Notes: generated by a model from the sequence alone, not told the origin. DNA of 64,000 bases from Candidatus Nomurabacteria bacterium (GCA_016199805.1 JACQGC010000004.1:19816-83815), one strand, 5' to 3'; numbered from the stretch's first letter, positions 16,980 through 27,514 are shown. Numbers and translations are program-made.

Positions 16980-19900
16980 CTATTTCCCCAATATCATCAT
17001 GGCCTTGGTCTTGGGACCAATGAGTCCATCGGACACAAGCCCATGATTCTTCTGCCACTGTTTGATGACAGCGATAGTCTTTGGCCCAATTTTGCCGTCT
17101 AAAACCAAACCGAGTTTCATCGTGTCATTTAGATATCTTTGCAGTTCTTTAGCGGTATCGCCTATACTTCCTAGTTTAAGAGTAGTGAAACCGAAATTAT
17201 ACATCAGCGTAGGATTGATGGCAGAAACATTTATGGTGTTTGTGGTCGCAATCGCAGTTTTGGCGGCAACATTTCCCGAACAAGATTGTCCCGTGGCAGT
17301 ACTAAAGCCCGTGATTCTAGAACCACAACCTGGCATAGATATCGGAGTAGGAGGTGTATAGCTTCCTCCCCCTCCACCACCGCCACTACTTGGCACATAA
17401 ACCAAGGTAAAGTTCGCGGTAATATTTTTATCCGCATCCATAGAAACAGTCATTGGATTAGCTGAAGAGGTGATATCTCCAGACCAATCAGAGAATGCGT
17501 ACCCGGAATTTGGAGTTGCAGTGAGAATGATAGAACTTCCAAAATCATAGTTTGCCTGGTCTGGGTTTTTGGCAACGGTGCCATTGGTGGAGAGAATGGA
17601 TATTATATAGGTGATGATATTATCTTGGATTTGAGTTGTGGCGGAACTCAAGGAAGCAGAACCGGTGCCACTTGCAGAAGAAGGGGTCACTTGGAATTTT
17701 AAATATTGTCCAATATCGGAAGAAGTTAATATATATGTAATAGCGGTTGCGCCACCGATGGCAGTATATGTTCCTCCCGAGGAAGAGGAACGAAGCCATG
17801 CATATGTTGTGCCGGATTCGGGCAAACTATTTGGGTCAGAAAATGCGTATGAACCTGTCAGTGTTTGGCCGATTGTTTTTGTGCCAGAAATGGTGACATT
17901 GGTAGCAGTAGGTAAACCGAAAGATTCTGTCGCTTGAGATTTAATTACATATGATGCTTTGTTCCCTGCTTCGTCTTTAAGTATAACATTAAAGTAATAA
18001 GTGGTGGTGGAAGAAAGACCGGAAACAGGAAGAGTGTTGATGTCTGTGGTGTAAGTGTTGAGTGGTGTGCCATTGGCTTCAATATTGGTCACCGTATCGA
18101 TATTATTGGAAGATGATTGATACACCCTGTATTGTAGAACTCCCTGAGCCGAGACATCGTCTGTGCCTTTAGTCCAATTTAAAGTAAGACTACTTGTAGT
18201 AACACTTGCAGTGGTAATGACGCCACTTGCTCCCGGTGTGGGATTTACTAAATCACCCGCTGAACTAACCGCGACCGGAGCATTTAAACTCGTGGAAATA
18301 TTTCCGTTGGCATCTTTGGCCCAGGCATAAAGAGTTTTTGAGCCATAAGTGGAGAACGTGTAATTGGCAGGAGCACTTCCTGTCCAACCGGCATTTCCTG
18401 CCAAGGGCGCCGTAGGTGACTCAGTCAGAAGATATCCGGTGACGCCAATATCGTCCGTGGCGGTAAAAGAAGATACGGAAACAGTCAATGAACTGGAAGT
18501 AGCGGGAATTGAGAAAGCAGTTACAGTGGGGGCGACATCGTCATACACATATGGTCCTAGGTCCCAATCATAGTTGGCGCGGTCAAGCAATTGAATATTG
18601 GTATAGCTGGCCGGACTCAAACCCACATTGTATGGAACGCCAAGATTTGTCCCGCTATTGATGAGAGAAGAACCGGGGGAAAGTCTGTAATCACTTGTGT
18701 CTGTGTATGTTTTTGTCCACGACAGACCACCATCAGAAGTCGTATGCCCATCGGAATAAATACCTGCCGCGATGGAAGATTGGGTAACAAAAGTTCCTCC
18801 GAGATTTCTTATTTCATCCACAAACCAAATCAATTTTTGGTTTGTCACATTAACGGCATCGGTAAGGTGCCAAAACATTCCTATGTAACCACCTGCGGCG
18901 GCGGCCAATAAATAAGTGTGACGAGCCACTTTACGAATATCGGCTTCAGTACTAAATCCATTCATCGCCCAAGACATTGCTTGCCCGGACAACATATATG
19001 GGTGGATTGATGGCATATACATATACCCCCCACCGGCTGACCGGGCACTGGTAAATGTGGAAGAAATCGTTGGCATATACGCTTCAGCCCCCGCATCGGA
19101 CCATCCTCCTCCATATGCAAAAGAAACTGGAACTGTTCCGATGTTGGATGCAATCCAACCAGCTGAATCTAAAATTTCTTCATCTCTATATGCTGACATC
19201 AGCATATTTACAACGTATGGAAAGGTTGTGCTGGTTTGGTTATCCAATGCCTTCAGACGCACAGGGTCATTCATATTTGTTGTATTGCTGATGGTCCACC
19301 CTTTTCCGGTGGCAGAAAGTCCGACGCATGCATTCGCCACATTGATAGTTTTCTTAAAATCACATAATGTTTTGTCTGTTACTGACCAATCAATCAGAAT
19401 ATTATTTTCTGGGTTACCACTACTAGCCAGACTGAGGGTGTGAGCGGTCCTGTCTATGGTTACTGTATTAGTTCCGGAATTTGTTGTTGATACAGTAAAC
19501 ATAGAAGTTTTGGTGACATCCGAATGAGACCAACTGTGCGAACCAATTTCTATTCCCCTAGCAGGAAGAGATGACAAAATAGTTTTACCTCCGGATGAAA
19601 TTCCTGTAAGATTTGTTAAATACGCCAAGAAAGGGATAGTGTTTGTTCCAAAGGCCGCATCAAATGCATCTGCCAATCCGCTGGAATACGCGGGGATACC
19701 TGCATAATCATCTCCATCAATAGACAAAACAATTTTTACTGCAGGAAAAGGTAAAGCTTTAAAGTTTGGAACCGTAGAATAATTATGTCCTCCATCGGTT
19801 ATGGTTCCACTTCCGGAAAAATTACCAGCTATAAAAGAAGCAGTTGTAACTCTATTATTGCCGAGAATAAGACTATAATCATAATCAATAGTGTTGCCAG

Positions 19901-20549
19901 TGGCAACGGCAACTCCGGCCCCGCCTGTAAAAACTCCCGTGCCATAACCATTTCCTTCAATGATTGAATTGCGAACAGTTGTGATTGCCCCTGTGCCAGC
20001 CATAGAAATTGCCGAACCGGCACATTGGGTAATCAATGAATTGTTTAGAGTCACCGTTGCTGAGTTGGCAACAGACAAACCAATTCCGGCGGCACGGCGT
20101 ATTATTACATTAGATAAAGACAATGAATCGGAAGCTCCAACTGATACGGTCCCTTGAAAATCCAAATACTCCGCCTTGATTCCGGTTCTACCTGTAACCA
20201 TATTTATCGCATAACCACTGGAACCAGGAATAGCCGGAAGTGCTCCGGTATCAGCGACATCATATAGTGTATAAGTTATACCATTTTGGCTAGGAGATAT
20301 TGACTGAGCCCATGAACAACCACGTTTAAACATAACCGTGGCATTCAATCCAGCTGAGGTGTTAGCTTTGGTAATATTTTTCCAGGCCGTTGCAGGAGAT
20401 GTTCCATCTCCTGTATCATTTGCAGCATTGCAGTCAACATAATACGTTGTGCCACCAGCATGAACCATCTTTCCGAAAGAAAACAAAAAGCAACAGAAAA
20501 CCAAAAATACAAATATTTTTTCTGTTTTATTGATTTTAATGCGAAACAT
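16980..20549 (-). CDS. large surface protein: beta-helix, polysaccharide-deacetylase-like domain, FN3/Ig repeats, C-terminal peptidoglycan-binding domain
   Basis: signal peptide; TYYVD...GDGTSPATAW; LSIDGD and EIGSHSWSH (NodB-like); LQRYLN...DGKIGPKT...WQ...DGLIGPKT. Confidence 0.8.
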   Translation of the reverse strand: MFRIKINKTEKIFVFLVFCCFLFSFGKMVHAGGTTYYVDCNAANDTGDGTSPATAWKNITKANTSAGLNATVMFKRGCSWAQSISPSQNGITYTLYDVADTGALPAIPGSSGYAINMVTGRTGIKAEYLDFQGTVSVGASDSLSLSNVIIRRAAGIGLSVANSATVTLNNSLITQCAGSAISMAGTGAITTVRNSIIEGNGYGTGVFTGGAGVAVATGNTIDYDYSLILGNNRVTTASFIAGNFSGSGTITDGGHNYSTVPNFKALPFPAVKIVLSIDGDDYAGIPAYSSGLADAFDAAFGTNTIPFLAYLTNLTGISSGGKTILSSLPARGIEIGSHSWSHSDVTKTSMFTVSTTNSGTNTVTIDRTAHTLSLASSGNPENNILIDWSVTDKTLCDFKKTINVANACVGLSATGKGWTISNTTNMNDPVRLKALDNQTSTTFPYVVNMLMSAYRDEEILDSAGWIASNIGTVPVSFAYGGGWSDAGAEAYMPTISSTFTSARSAGGGYMYMPSIHPYMLSGQAMSWAMNGFSTEADIRKVARHTYLLAAAAGGYIGMFWHLTDAVNVTNQKLIWFVDEIRNLGGTFVTQSSIAAGIYSDGHTTSDGGLSWTKTYTDTSDYRLSPGSSLINSGTNLGVPYNVGLSPASYTNIQLLDRANYDWDLGPYVYDDVAPTVTAFSIPATSSSLTVSVSSFTATDDIGVTGYLLTESPTAPLAGNAGWTGSAPANYTFSTYGSKTLYAWAKDANGNISTSLNAPVAVSSAGDLVNPTPGASGVITTASVTTSSLTLNWTKGTDDVSAQGVLQYRVYQSSSNNIDTVTNIEANGTPLNTYTTDINTLPVSGLSSTTTYYFNVILKDEAGNKASYVIKSQATESFGLPTATNVTISGTKTIGQTLTGSYAFSDPNSLPESGTTYAWLRSSSSGGTYTAIGGATAITYILTSSDIGQYLKFQVTPSSASGTGSASLSSATTQIQDNIITYIISILSTNGTVAKNPDQANYDFGSSIILTATPNSGYAFSDWSGDITSSANPMTVSMDADKNITANFTLVYVPSSGGGGGGGSYTPPTPISMPGCGSRITGFSTATGQSCSGNVAAKTAIATTNTINVSAINPTLMYNFGFTTLKLGSIGDTAKELQRYLNDTMKLGLVLDGKIGPKTIAVIKQWQKNHGLVSDGLIGPKTKAMMILGK

Positions 20550-20553
20550 AATT

Positions 20554-23500
20554 TTATTGCACCAAAGAATACATCAAGGCTTTTGTTTTTTCACCGACGA
20601 CACCGTCTGCAAGCAATCCATGACTTTTTTGCCATTTCATAACAGCGGAAAGTGTTGTTGTGCCAAACTTTCCGTCGAGAACCAACCCGGCTTTTGATGT
20701 ATCATTTAAATATCTTTGCAATTCTTTAACCGCATCTCCCGCACTCCCTTTTTGTAGAGTGACGGTACCTAAATTATATTTTTGGGTACTAGTTGAAGGA
20801 ATTGGTTTTGTGGGTTTTGGCGGAATTGGAGTTGTATCGCCATTTTTAGGAGTGGAAACCGGTTGTGGAGTCGGAATGTCAACAGGAACAGGAGCAGAAA
20901 TAACGCCGGTTGATATTTCATAGACGTGGGCTTGGTACGGAGTAAAGGTGTCGGTAAAACCATTTCCGGAAACAGTTAGGTTTCTATTCTCACCATAAAC
21001 AGACACCAGTGAAGGTGTCGTGCTCCAAGTAAAAGTGACTGGAACAGTTGCATTGGTATTATTGGAAGCAATCAGATATCCTCTGCCACCTGCATATTTC
21101 ACTCTGGTGTGAATACTGCTGTTTGAGCTGAAAGAAAGCAGGTCATTCTTATCAATGGAAGACAAGGCCGGTTGGAGAGAATTGAGTTCTGTGGTTACGG
21201 CTTTGAGGTTGTTGAAATTATCAACTTTGGCCTGACACCACGAGAGCGAACCGGAAGGCGAATGAGCCGCATCGGAACCATCACAGATATACGCCAAAGC
21301 CCCAACACCCAAACTCCAATACACTAGCCCATCGCTCCCCTCGGCAATTGCCATATAGGACATATTGCGAAGTTCCGCTTGGGTCGGCCAGCGACCCTTG
21401 GAAGTAAATTTAAAGAATTGGATGACAGTGGCAACAGGTCTGCTGTTTTGCACGGCATCTTTTGTGATTTTTGTCTGATTAGCCACTAGAGAATAATCAT
21501 AACCGCTAGCTGGTTCTGCTCCGTACAAAGCGTATGGGTCCATGGAAAGCAGGTCAACGGTGTCTCGCCAGTAAGACATTGAGTTTGGAGTATTCCCTGC
21601 GCCAAAAGAAAGACCGATAGGGTCAAGATTTCTCAACTTGTTGTAATAAGTAAACATATCCGGCGCCAAATAAGACACACATTCGTCCATATTGTATTGA
21701 CCGGCAAAACCAGGATATTGGCCCCGAGCAACAATATCGGCATCGCTGAAAGTTTTTAACCAACCATCATCATAAGTACTGGTTGAAAAACAATTGGCGT
21801 TGGAAACAAGAGATATCCCATGTCTCTGTAAAACATTCATCAGCGGAAAGGCAGCGCTGTTTGGCATATTACCCAGCCAATAATTAAACCAGAAATTTAC
21901 CGGCAGTTCAAATAATCGCTTGGTAGAGGTGAGCGTGTTTTCCCAAGTGGTTTCGCTCATTGAGTATCCACCACCGGAATCATACACACCGAGCAAAAAC
22001 TTTGGCTGACCGTTAAATAAAATCTGATTATTTTGATTGAAGGAAATAGGAATGGAATTTCTGACAGAGCCGGAAACTTTGGAAATTCTATAAGACGGAT
22101 ATTCGTACAAAGCTACACTATTTGAACTGCGCAATAATTTAAACCGCGCCAAATAAGTATGGCCATTTGTCATGCTGGAGCCACTTAAAGTAGCTGTAAA
22201 ATCGGCAGATGATGAGTATGATTGGTTTGCAACCACGGAACCGCTGGATTCGTCTGTCAGAGTAATTTCCGGTTTCCAATCGCCAAGCGTTGTCCCAGCC
22301 GGAGGATTTATCTTTACATCAAATTTTATGGTCTGAGACTGGTCGTCAAAAAGAAATCCTTTATAATTTGGATAGAGCATAAATACATCCATGGGTGACT
22401 GATATTCTTCTTGTATCGCCATATCGTCAAACCAAGCCTGACCTGCCGGTTCATTCCAGCTTTCCAAAACAAATTTCACACTTGAAGAATCCTGATTGAT
22501 GACAACATTTTTTAACTCAACATATGTCCAATCATTGACTCCATTCAGACATTTACCCACCCCGTTTCCGGCACTGCCTGCGTTTACACTAATACGAACA
22601 CAGGGATGAATAGTAGTATCAACCAAGTTTGTTTTTATCCAACCGCTGATACGATAAGATCCTTTTTTCAAAGAAAGAGTCTGCCTGGCGGATTCCGTAT
22701 AGGGGAAACTGGGAGCGTCTTTCATACTATAACTACTTGCTCCGCCATGAACTGTAGAAGAATCAACCAGAAAAGCGGACGAACCCGACCAATTTGCCGG
22801 TTTACCACTGGATAATGTTTCAAAACCGGAGTTAAGTAATAAATTTGGACCGAGGCTAGCCATTGGATACCACATCAACCCTCCAGCCACCAATCCATTG
22901 ATTGGAGCAGACGGAGTCGGAGCATTAAATTCCATCATGTCACTTGCGCTACTACAACCTGGGTCATTCGGATAATCTATTTTGCCATCCAAGTCATTAT
23001 CAATGCCATCAGAACATTGTGGAAGGCTTGAATCTGGAAGAACAACGACGGGCGGAGTCGGGGTGCTGACTGGCGGTATATTTGTAGTTGGCAAGGTTGT
23101 CGTTGGAGTTGTCGGATTGTTGTTCGTAGGGGTTGTGGTAGGCGGTGGCGTGTTGCCGGTATTACTAATCATCACGGAAGCATCGTCAAACCAAGCTGTG
23201 CCATTTGGGTCTCCATACATTTCTACAACAAAGTAAGCCGGAGAATCATTGGTGATTGTGACATTCTGCACCTGTAAATATTGCCAGTCGCTGGCACCTT
23301 TTATGATTTGTGATGACTTACATCCATTAACGCAGGCATTTGGGTATACTCCGGTATTAAAATTTATTCTCAAACCACTACCAACCGTTGATGCTACCCC
23401 ATCCATTTTCACCCACATGCCAATATTGTAAACACCCTTTGGAAGGGTGCCGATAGTTTGCATTGCCGACTGGGAATAAGGTATCAAGTTTGCATTAACG

Positions 23501-23805
23501 ATTTTTAAGCTATGCGTTCCCGTGTGGGCCACACTCCCATCAACTGTAAATCCGTTTGCGCTCCAGCTCAGTGGTTTACTGCTGGTATCTGTGTTTTCAA
23601 AACCTCCATTGGTAATATATTCTGTTGTATTCAATACTTGCCCCTGCAGAGAAGAACTGGGAACATTTACAGGATTTGTATTTCTAACTGACACAAAAAT
23701 CACAACACCAATAAAAACAATAAACACAACCAGAGAATAGTGCGTTTTCAAAAAATTTTTTAACATAAATTTTTTAACAAAATTAATTAATAATTGATTT
23801 TTCAA
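20554..23805 (-). CDS. large surface protein: two CBM4/9-like domains, glycoside-hydrolase-like barrel, C-terminal peptidoglycan-binding domain
   Basis: NGGFE...AWFDD and NSGFE...AWFDD repeats; CSDGIDNDLDGKIDYPNDPGC; DPY...WPTQAELRNMSYMAI; PG-binding tail. Confidence 0.78.
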   Translation of the reverse strand: MKNQLLINFVKKFMLKNFLKTHYSLVVFIVFIGVVIFVSVRNTNPVNVPSSSLQGQVLNTTEYITNGGFENTDTSSKPLSWSANGFTVDGSVAHTGTHSLKIVNANLIPYSQSAMQTIGTLPKGVYNIGMWVKMDGVASTVGSGLRINFNTGVYPNACVNGCKSSQIIKGASDWQYLQVQNVTITNDSPAYFVVEMYGDPNGTAWFDDASVMISNTGNTPPPTTTPTNNNPTTPTTTLPTTNIPPVSTPTPPVVVLPDSSLPQCSDGIDNDLDGKIDYPNDPGCSSASDMMEFNAPTPSAPINGLVAGGLMWYPMASLGPNLLLNSGFETLSSGKPANWSGSSAFLVDSSTVHGGASSYSMKDAPSFPYTESARQTLSLKKGSYRISGWIKTNLVDTTIHPCVRISVNAGSAGNGVGKCLNGVNDWTYVELKNVVINQDSSSVKFVLESWNEPAGQAWFDDMAIQEEYQSPMDVFMLYPNYKGFLFDDQSQTIKFDVKINPPAGTTLGDWKPEITLTDESSGSVVANQSYSSSADFTATLSGSSMTNGHTYLARFKLLRSSNSVALYEYPSYRISKVSGSVRNSIPISFNQNNQILFNGQPKFLLGVYDSGGGYSMSETTWENTLTSTKRLFELPVNFWFNYWLGNMPNSAAFPLMNVLQRHGISLVSNANCFSTSTYDDGWLKTFSDADIVARGQYPGFAGQYNMDECVSYLAPDMFTYYNKLRNLDPIGLSFGAGNTPNSMSYWRDTVDLLSMDPYALYGAEPASGYDYSLVANQTKITKDAVQNSRPVATVIQFFKFTSKGRWPTQAELRNMSYMAIAEGSDGLVYWSLGVGALAYICDGSDAAHSPSGSLSWCQAKVDNFNNLKAVTTELNSLQPALSSIDKNDLLSFSSNSSIHTRVKYAGGRGYLIASNNTNATVPVTFTWSTTPSLVSVYGENRNLTVSGNGFTDTFTPYQAHVYEISTGVISAPVPVDIPTPQPVSTPKNGDTTPIPPKPTKPIPSTSTQKYNLGTVTLQKGSAGDAVKELQRYLNDTSKAGLVLDGKFGTTTLSAVMKWQKSHGLLADGVVGEKTKALMYSLVQ

Positions 23806-23865
23806 TAAAAAAACTCGACCTGTTGGTTCGAGCTTCGCGAGCTTCTCTTGTTAAACTAATCCCTT

Positions 23866-24063
23866 CTACTTATCTGTATCTGGAATCAAACCTTGATTTA
23901 TTAACACCGCACGTTTTCTAATAATCTCTGCATCTGGCCCTTGAAAGAATTGTATATTATGACAATTCCGACATTTTACTTCCAGCATGTTGTCTTTATC
24001 CGTCAGACAACCCTTGCACAAAAGCTTGTCGCATTTATCGCACCGATATTCATTTAGTTCCAT
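23866..24063 (-). CDS. Com-family zinc-ribbon regulator
   Basis: EYRCDKCDKLL...LEVKCRNCH pattern as in phage Mu Com; start reassigned to ATG 24063. Confidence 0.7.
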   Translation of the reverse strand: MELNEYRCDKCDKLLCKGCLTDKDNMLEVKCRNCHNIQFFQGPDAEIIRKRAVLINQGLIPDTDK

Positions 24064-24150
24064 ATTCCGCATTATACTACACGCAAGCAAAAAATCTATC
24101 GGAAGAAAAATGCCTGTGGATAACTCAAAAACACTGTTTTGTTGTAAAAA

Positions 24151-25848
24151 TTAGGCAAATTCCTGTTGGTAGCATTTTTCGCAGTAGACCGTCTCGGGTC
24201 TGCCTGGGGCAAAAGAGGTTCTGATTGCCTTGCCACACTTCATACACTGCCGGTCATAAAGTTTTGGCATTTGCAATTTATTAAAACGTGATTTTTCCCG
24301 GCACTTTAGACATCTACTCGGGAGCGGAATGTTCATTTTTCGCAAAAGGTCAAATTCGAGCGAAGCAATTTTGTATTTTCTGTCACAAGTCGTACAAGAA
24401 ATCACTTCTTTTAAGATTGAATCATTCACTTCGCCGATAGTTTCCGGAAAGTCTTCCCCTTTTATTGTCGCTTCCACTTGTTGTTCGGCTTCGTCGTTCC
24501 AAGTGTATCCCGCTTTCAGAGCTTCTTCTTTTGTTTTTGGGAAAAATTTAAAAGCGTTCGAATTGTTGTAAGCGAATTTACTGAAACCGGGCTGAAAAAA
24601 TTCTCCGTAAGGCCAAGCTCTGCCTTGTTCATCTATGTATGGATTATTTTTCATATCTTCAATGATTTTTTCTTTCAAAGCTTCATATTCTTCTTTGGAA
24701 TATTCTTTGTTCAAGATGCAATACGATTTTCTTTTTAGATTCACGCAACCGAAATTGTTTTTTGACGCCGGACACCAAAGACAATACTCGGAATTCAAAA
24801 CATCAGGAAAACAATATGCGGAAAACTTTACGTTGGCGACATTATCCCCCACGCTGGCCGACTCATACAGGAGCTCGGCATTAGCTCCCCAGCCGGAATA
24901 ATCCATGCAATCTTTTACCGGAGAGACGGAAATCATCTGGCACCATTTGCTGTTCTCAACCTTGCTACCAATATATATTTCTTTTGAATTTTTGGAATTA
25001 AACAAATATTCCCCGGTGACATTCAAGTTTAGGGTGTTCCCGGTGTAAAACCGATAGGGGTGTTCCAACCAAAATTTCTCTGCTTCCTTTTTCACTTTTT
25101 CAATTCCGGAACGCGTGTCCAGTTTCATTTCTTTTAATTTTTCCGCGTATTCTTCCTTAGAATATTTAACATTAAAAATACAATTTGAAGCGCCACGTAA
25201 ATTTACACAACCCACGCAATTCATAGAGCTGTAACAGTTGCGGGAAAACCATACATCGGTGCAAGCATCACACTCTTGCGAGTAAAAAACACGATAACAA
25301 TCATTCTGCCCGATACTTTCATAGCATAGTTCTGACTTGAATATGCGCAGAGAATCAGCTGTGTCTTTGGCTGTGTTTAAAATTGAAGAAAAATAAACGT
25401 TCTCACAATAGTCTGCTCCAGTAATCAAAGTACAATTCTTTGAATAAGCCAAGGCATTGCAATAATCACAATTTTTTAGTGTTAAAAAAGTTGATTCCAG
25501 CGCAACGTACGGAACTTTTTCTGACAATTCTTTTACCTGTTCTAGGAATGGTCGTTTTGAATCATAATCCATTGCGGATTCTGTGCCATCCCAATCATCC
25601 GCCCACCAGCATGGCTGACAAAATACTGTAATTTCTTGCTCCGGTGGATACATAGATAGTGTACGCTTGCCACATTTATCGCAATTTCGGTAAAAAAGCG
25701 ACCACCAGTTTATGCATGTAAAACGCCTAATCATCCGGCATTCCGGGCACCAGGTCGGTGCTGGGACTTTTATTTTTTCGTAAAAAGAAAAATCTGACTC
25801 TTCAACAACAAACTCCGATTTACAATTTTGACATGTTTTATTTTCCAT
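24151..25848 (-). CDS. CPR-type cysteine-rich zinc-ribbon/beta-solenoid protein (paralog 1)
   Basis: CQNCK...PTWCPECR...CFGCVNL...YGEFF...VYCEKCYQQE; paralog at 57686. Confidence 0.85.
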   Translation of the reverse strand: MENKTCQNCKSEFVVEESDFSFYEKIKVPAPTWCPECRMIRRFTCINWWSLFYRNCDKCGKRTLSMYPPEQEITVFCQPCWWADDWDGTESAMDYDSKRPFLEQVKELSEKVPYVALESTFLTLKNCDYCNALAYSKNCTLITGADYCENVYFSSILNTAKDTADSLRIFKSELCYESIGQNDCYRVFYSQECDACTDVWFSRNCYSSMNCVGCVNLRGASNCIFNVKYSKEEYAEKLKEMKLDTRSGIEKVKKEAEKFWLEHPYRFYTGNTLNLNVTGEYLFNSKNSKEIYIGSKVENSKWCQMISVSPVKDCMDYSGWGANAELLYESASVGDNVANVKFSAYCFPDVLNSEYCLWCPASKNNFGCVNLKRKSYCILNKEYSKEEYEALKEKIIEDMKNNPYIDEQGRAWPYGEFFQPGFSKFAYNNSNAFKFFPKTKEEALKAGYTWNDEAEQQVEATIKGEDFPETIGEVNDSILKEVISCTTCDRKYKIASLEFDLLRKMNIPLPSRCLKCREKSRFNKLQMPKLYDRQCMKCGKAIRTSFAPGRPETVYCEKCYQQEFA

Positions 25849-25922
25849 AACTTTTTTGCAGCCTGCCCCGTATGAAGCTTTGCTTTCGTTCGGGGTTTTG
25901 GCAGACCTTGGTTTCCATTTAT

Positions 25923-26717
25923 TTATTTTATCACTTTTTCAAACTCCTTCGGAATTTTAGATTCTATTTTTACTGTTTTGCCTTTCATATCTTTAAATTC
26001 TATGGATTTGGCATGCAGAAACATGCGGATTCCTTTTTTTTCCTCCCCTGCGAAGGGGAGGCGTAGGAGGGGTGAACTTTTTGGATTATAAAGCGCATCT
26101 CCCGCCACCGGATGATTTAAAAATTTCATATGCACGCGAATTTGATGTGTCCGACCGGTTTTTGGTTTTAGTTCCAAATAGGTAAATTTCCTCCCCTCCT
26201 TATTGAGGAGGGGCTTCGGGGTGGTGATTTCTAATCTCTTGAGTACTTTGTATTCCGTAATCGCCTCCCGCATCTCTCCCCTAGCGCCGCGACCTGCCAA
26301 GCGGCGGCGAAAATCCGAAGGACTGCGGCCAATGGGTTTGTTTATCACTCCGCGGTCTTCTTTTACCCAACCGTCTACAATAGCTACATAAGTTTTTTTA
26401 ATATCTCTGCCCATAAATTGATTTTTTAAAAACTCATGCGCTTTTTGGTTTTTTGCCAAAAGCATTACTCCGGAAGTTCCGCGGTCCAGTCTGTGAACAA
26501 TGCCCGGCCGGTCTATTTCCCCCATCGGCTCCCCTACACCTTTCATTTTCGGATAATTTTTGATTATCCAACTAGTGATAAAAGTTTCTTTTTTTTTGCC
26601 ATCAGCGCCTGCCCCGTAGTGAGCTTGCTCTACTGCGGGGTGCACAGAAATGCCCCAAGGCTTTTCAATGGCCAAAATGTCTTTATCTTCGTATAAAACT
26701 TTGATTTTCATATGCAT
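25923..26717 (-). CDS. RluA/RluD-family pseudouridine synthase
   Basis: GIVHRLDRGTSG and TGRTHQIRVH motifs; three palindromic in-frame inserts. Confidence 0.93.
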   Translation of the reverse strand: MHMKIKVLYEDKDILAIEKPWGISVHPAVEQAHYGAGADGKKKETFITSWIIKNYPKMKGVGEPMGEIDRPGIVHRLDRGTSGVMLLAKNQKAHEFLKNQFMGRDIKKTYVAIVDGWVKEDRGVINKPIGRSPSDFRRRLAGRGARGEMREAITEYKVLKRLEITTPKPLLNKEGRKFTYLELKPKTGRTHQIRVHMKFLNHPVAGDALYNPKSSPLLRLPFAGEEKKGIRMFLHAKSIEFKDMKGKTVKIESKIPKEFEKVIK

Positions 26718-26766
26718 TTTGATTATACACTTTCAACCAACCAAGAGCTATAAACCTTCACAATTT

Positions 26767-26795
26767 TTGACATATTTATAAATATGTGTTAAATT
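26767..26795 (+). promoter_or_regulatory. sigma70-like promoter with palindromic operator
   Basis: TTGACA-17nt-TAAATT; perfect palindrome ACATATTTATAAATATGT at 26770-26787. Confidence 0.55.
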
Positions 26796-26803
26796 GAATA
26801 GGA

Positions 26804-27514
26804 ATGAGGAATAAATTGTTCTTTCTGACAATCATCGTCATGCTCATGACGCTGGTTAACGGCCCTGTGAGGGCCAGCGTAATATATGTTGGAATCGAAG
26901 ACACTGCCCTCCCGGGCGGCGACAAAGATTACCAAGACATCATCCTCACAATTTCCGGCGCCACATTGGCCGGAAATTACGGATGGAAACCCATGGTCGC
27001 TCCAAATTACGACGGTGTTCCGTATTTCGACGGCGCCTCGTATGACGGGCCACACATGGGATTCATGGACTTCGCGCTCGGCACCGGCGGCTTTGCCGGA
27101 AACCCGACGAGTCCACACCTGACACTCGCAACAACCAAGTTCTGGGGATCAACAACAGGAAGCTACGATGCCTCCACTCACTTCACCAGCAATGGTGCGG
27201 TGGACGAGAACGTGCTGATTGAAGTGTCTGCCTGGTCTGGACAAAACACCTTGGGCTGGGCCAATACCGCATCGCTTTGGTTGGTCAACTCTCTCTCCGC
27301 CGATGCCGGCGGAAGTGTGTCATTCCGTCCGGGGAGTGATTTTGTACTTGTGTTTAGTTCTCCCGGTGGAAACATGAACCAGAAATGCGACGGTGAGCAG
27401 TTCGCATTTTTGGAGTCAGACTCGGCCCCCGAACCGGCCTCCATGGCGCTCATCGGCGGCGGGTTGCTGGGCCTCGGTTTCTGGAGGCGCCGAAAGAAAC
27501 AAGCGAAGCAGTAA
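26804..27514 (+). CDS. PEP-CTERM sorting-domain protein (DUF4114-like motif)
   Basis: signal peptide; GIED...GDKDYQD; C-terminal APEPASMALIGGGLLGLGFWRRRK. Confidence 0.88.
   Translation: MRNKLFFLTIIVMLMTLVNGPVRASVIYVGIEDTALPGGDKDYQDIILTISGATLAGNYGWKPMVAPNYDGVPYFDGASYDGPHMGFMDFALGTGGFAGNPTSPHLTLATTKFWGSTTGSYDASTHFTSNGAVDENVLIEVSAWSGQNTLGWANTASLWLVNSLSADAGGSVSFRPGSDFVLVFSSPGGNMNQKCDGEQFAFLESDSAPEPASMALIGGGLLGLGFWRRRKKQAKQ

Noticed and set aside
23866-24063. Com-like gene as evidence of a Mu-like prophage
   Set aside because: No transposase, structural or mom genes nearby
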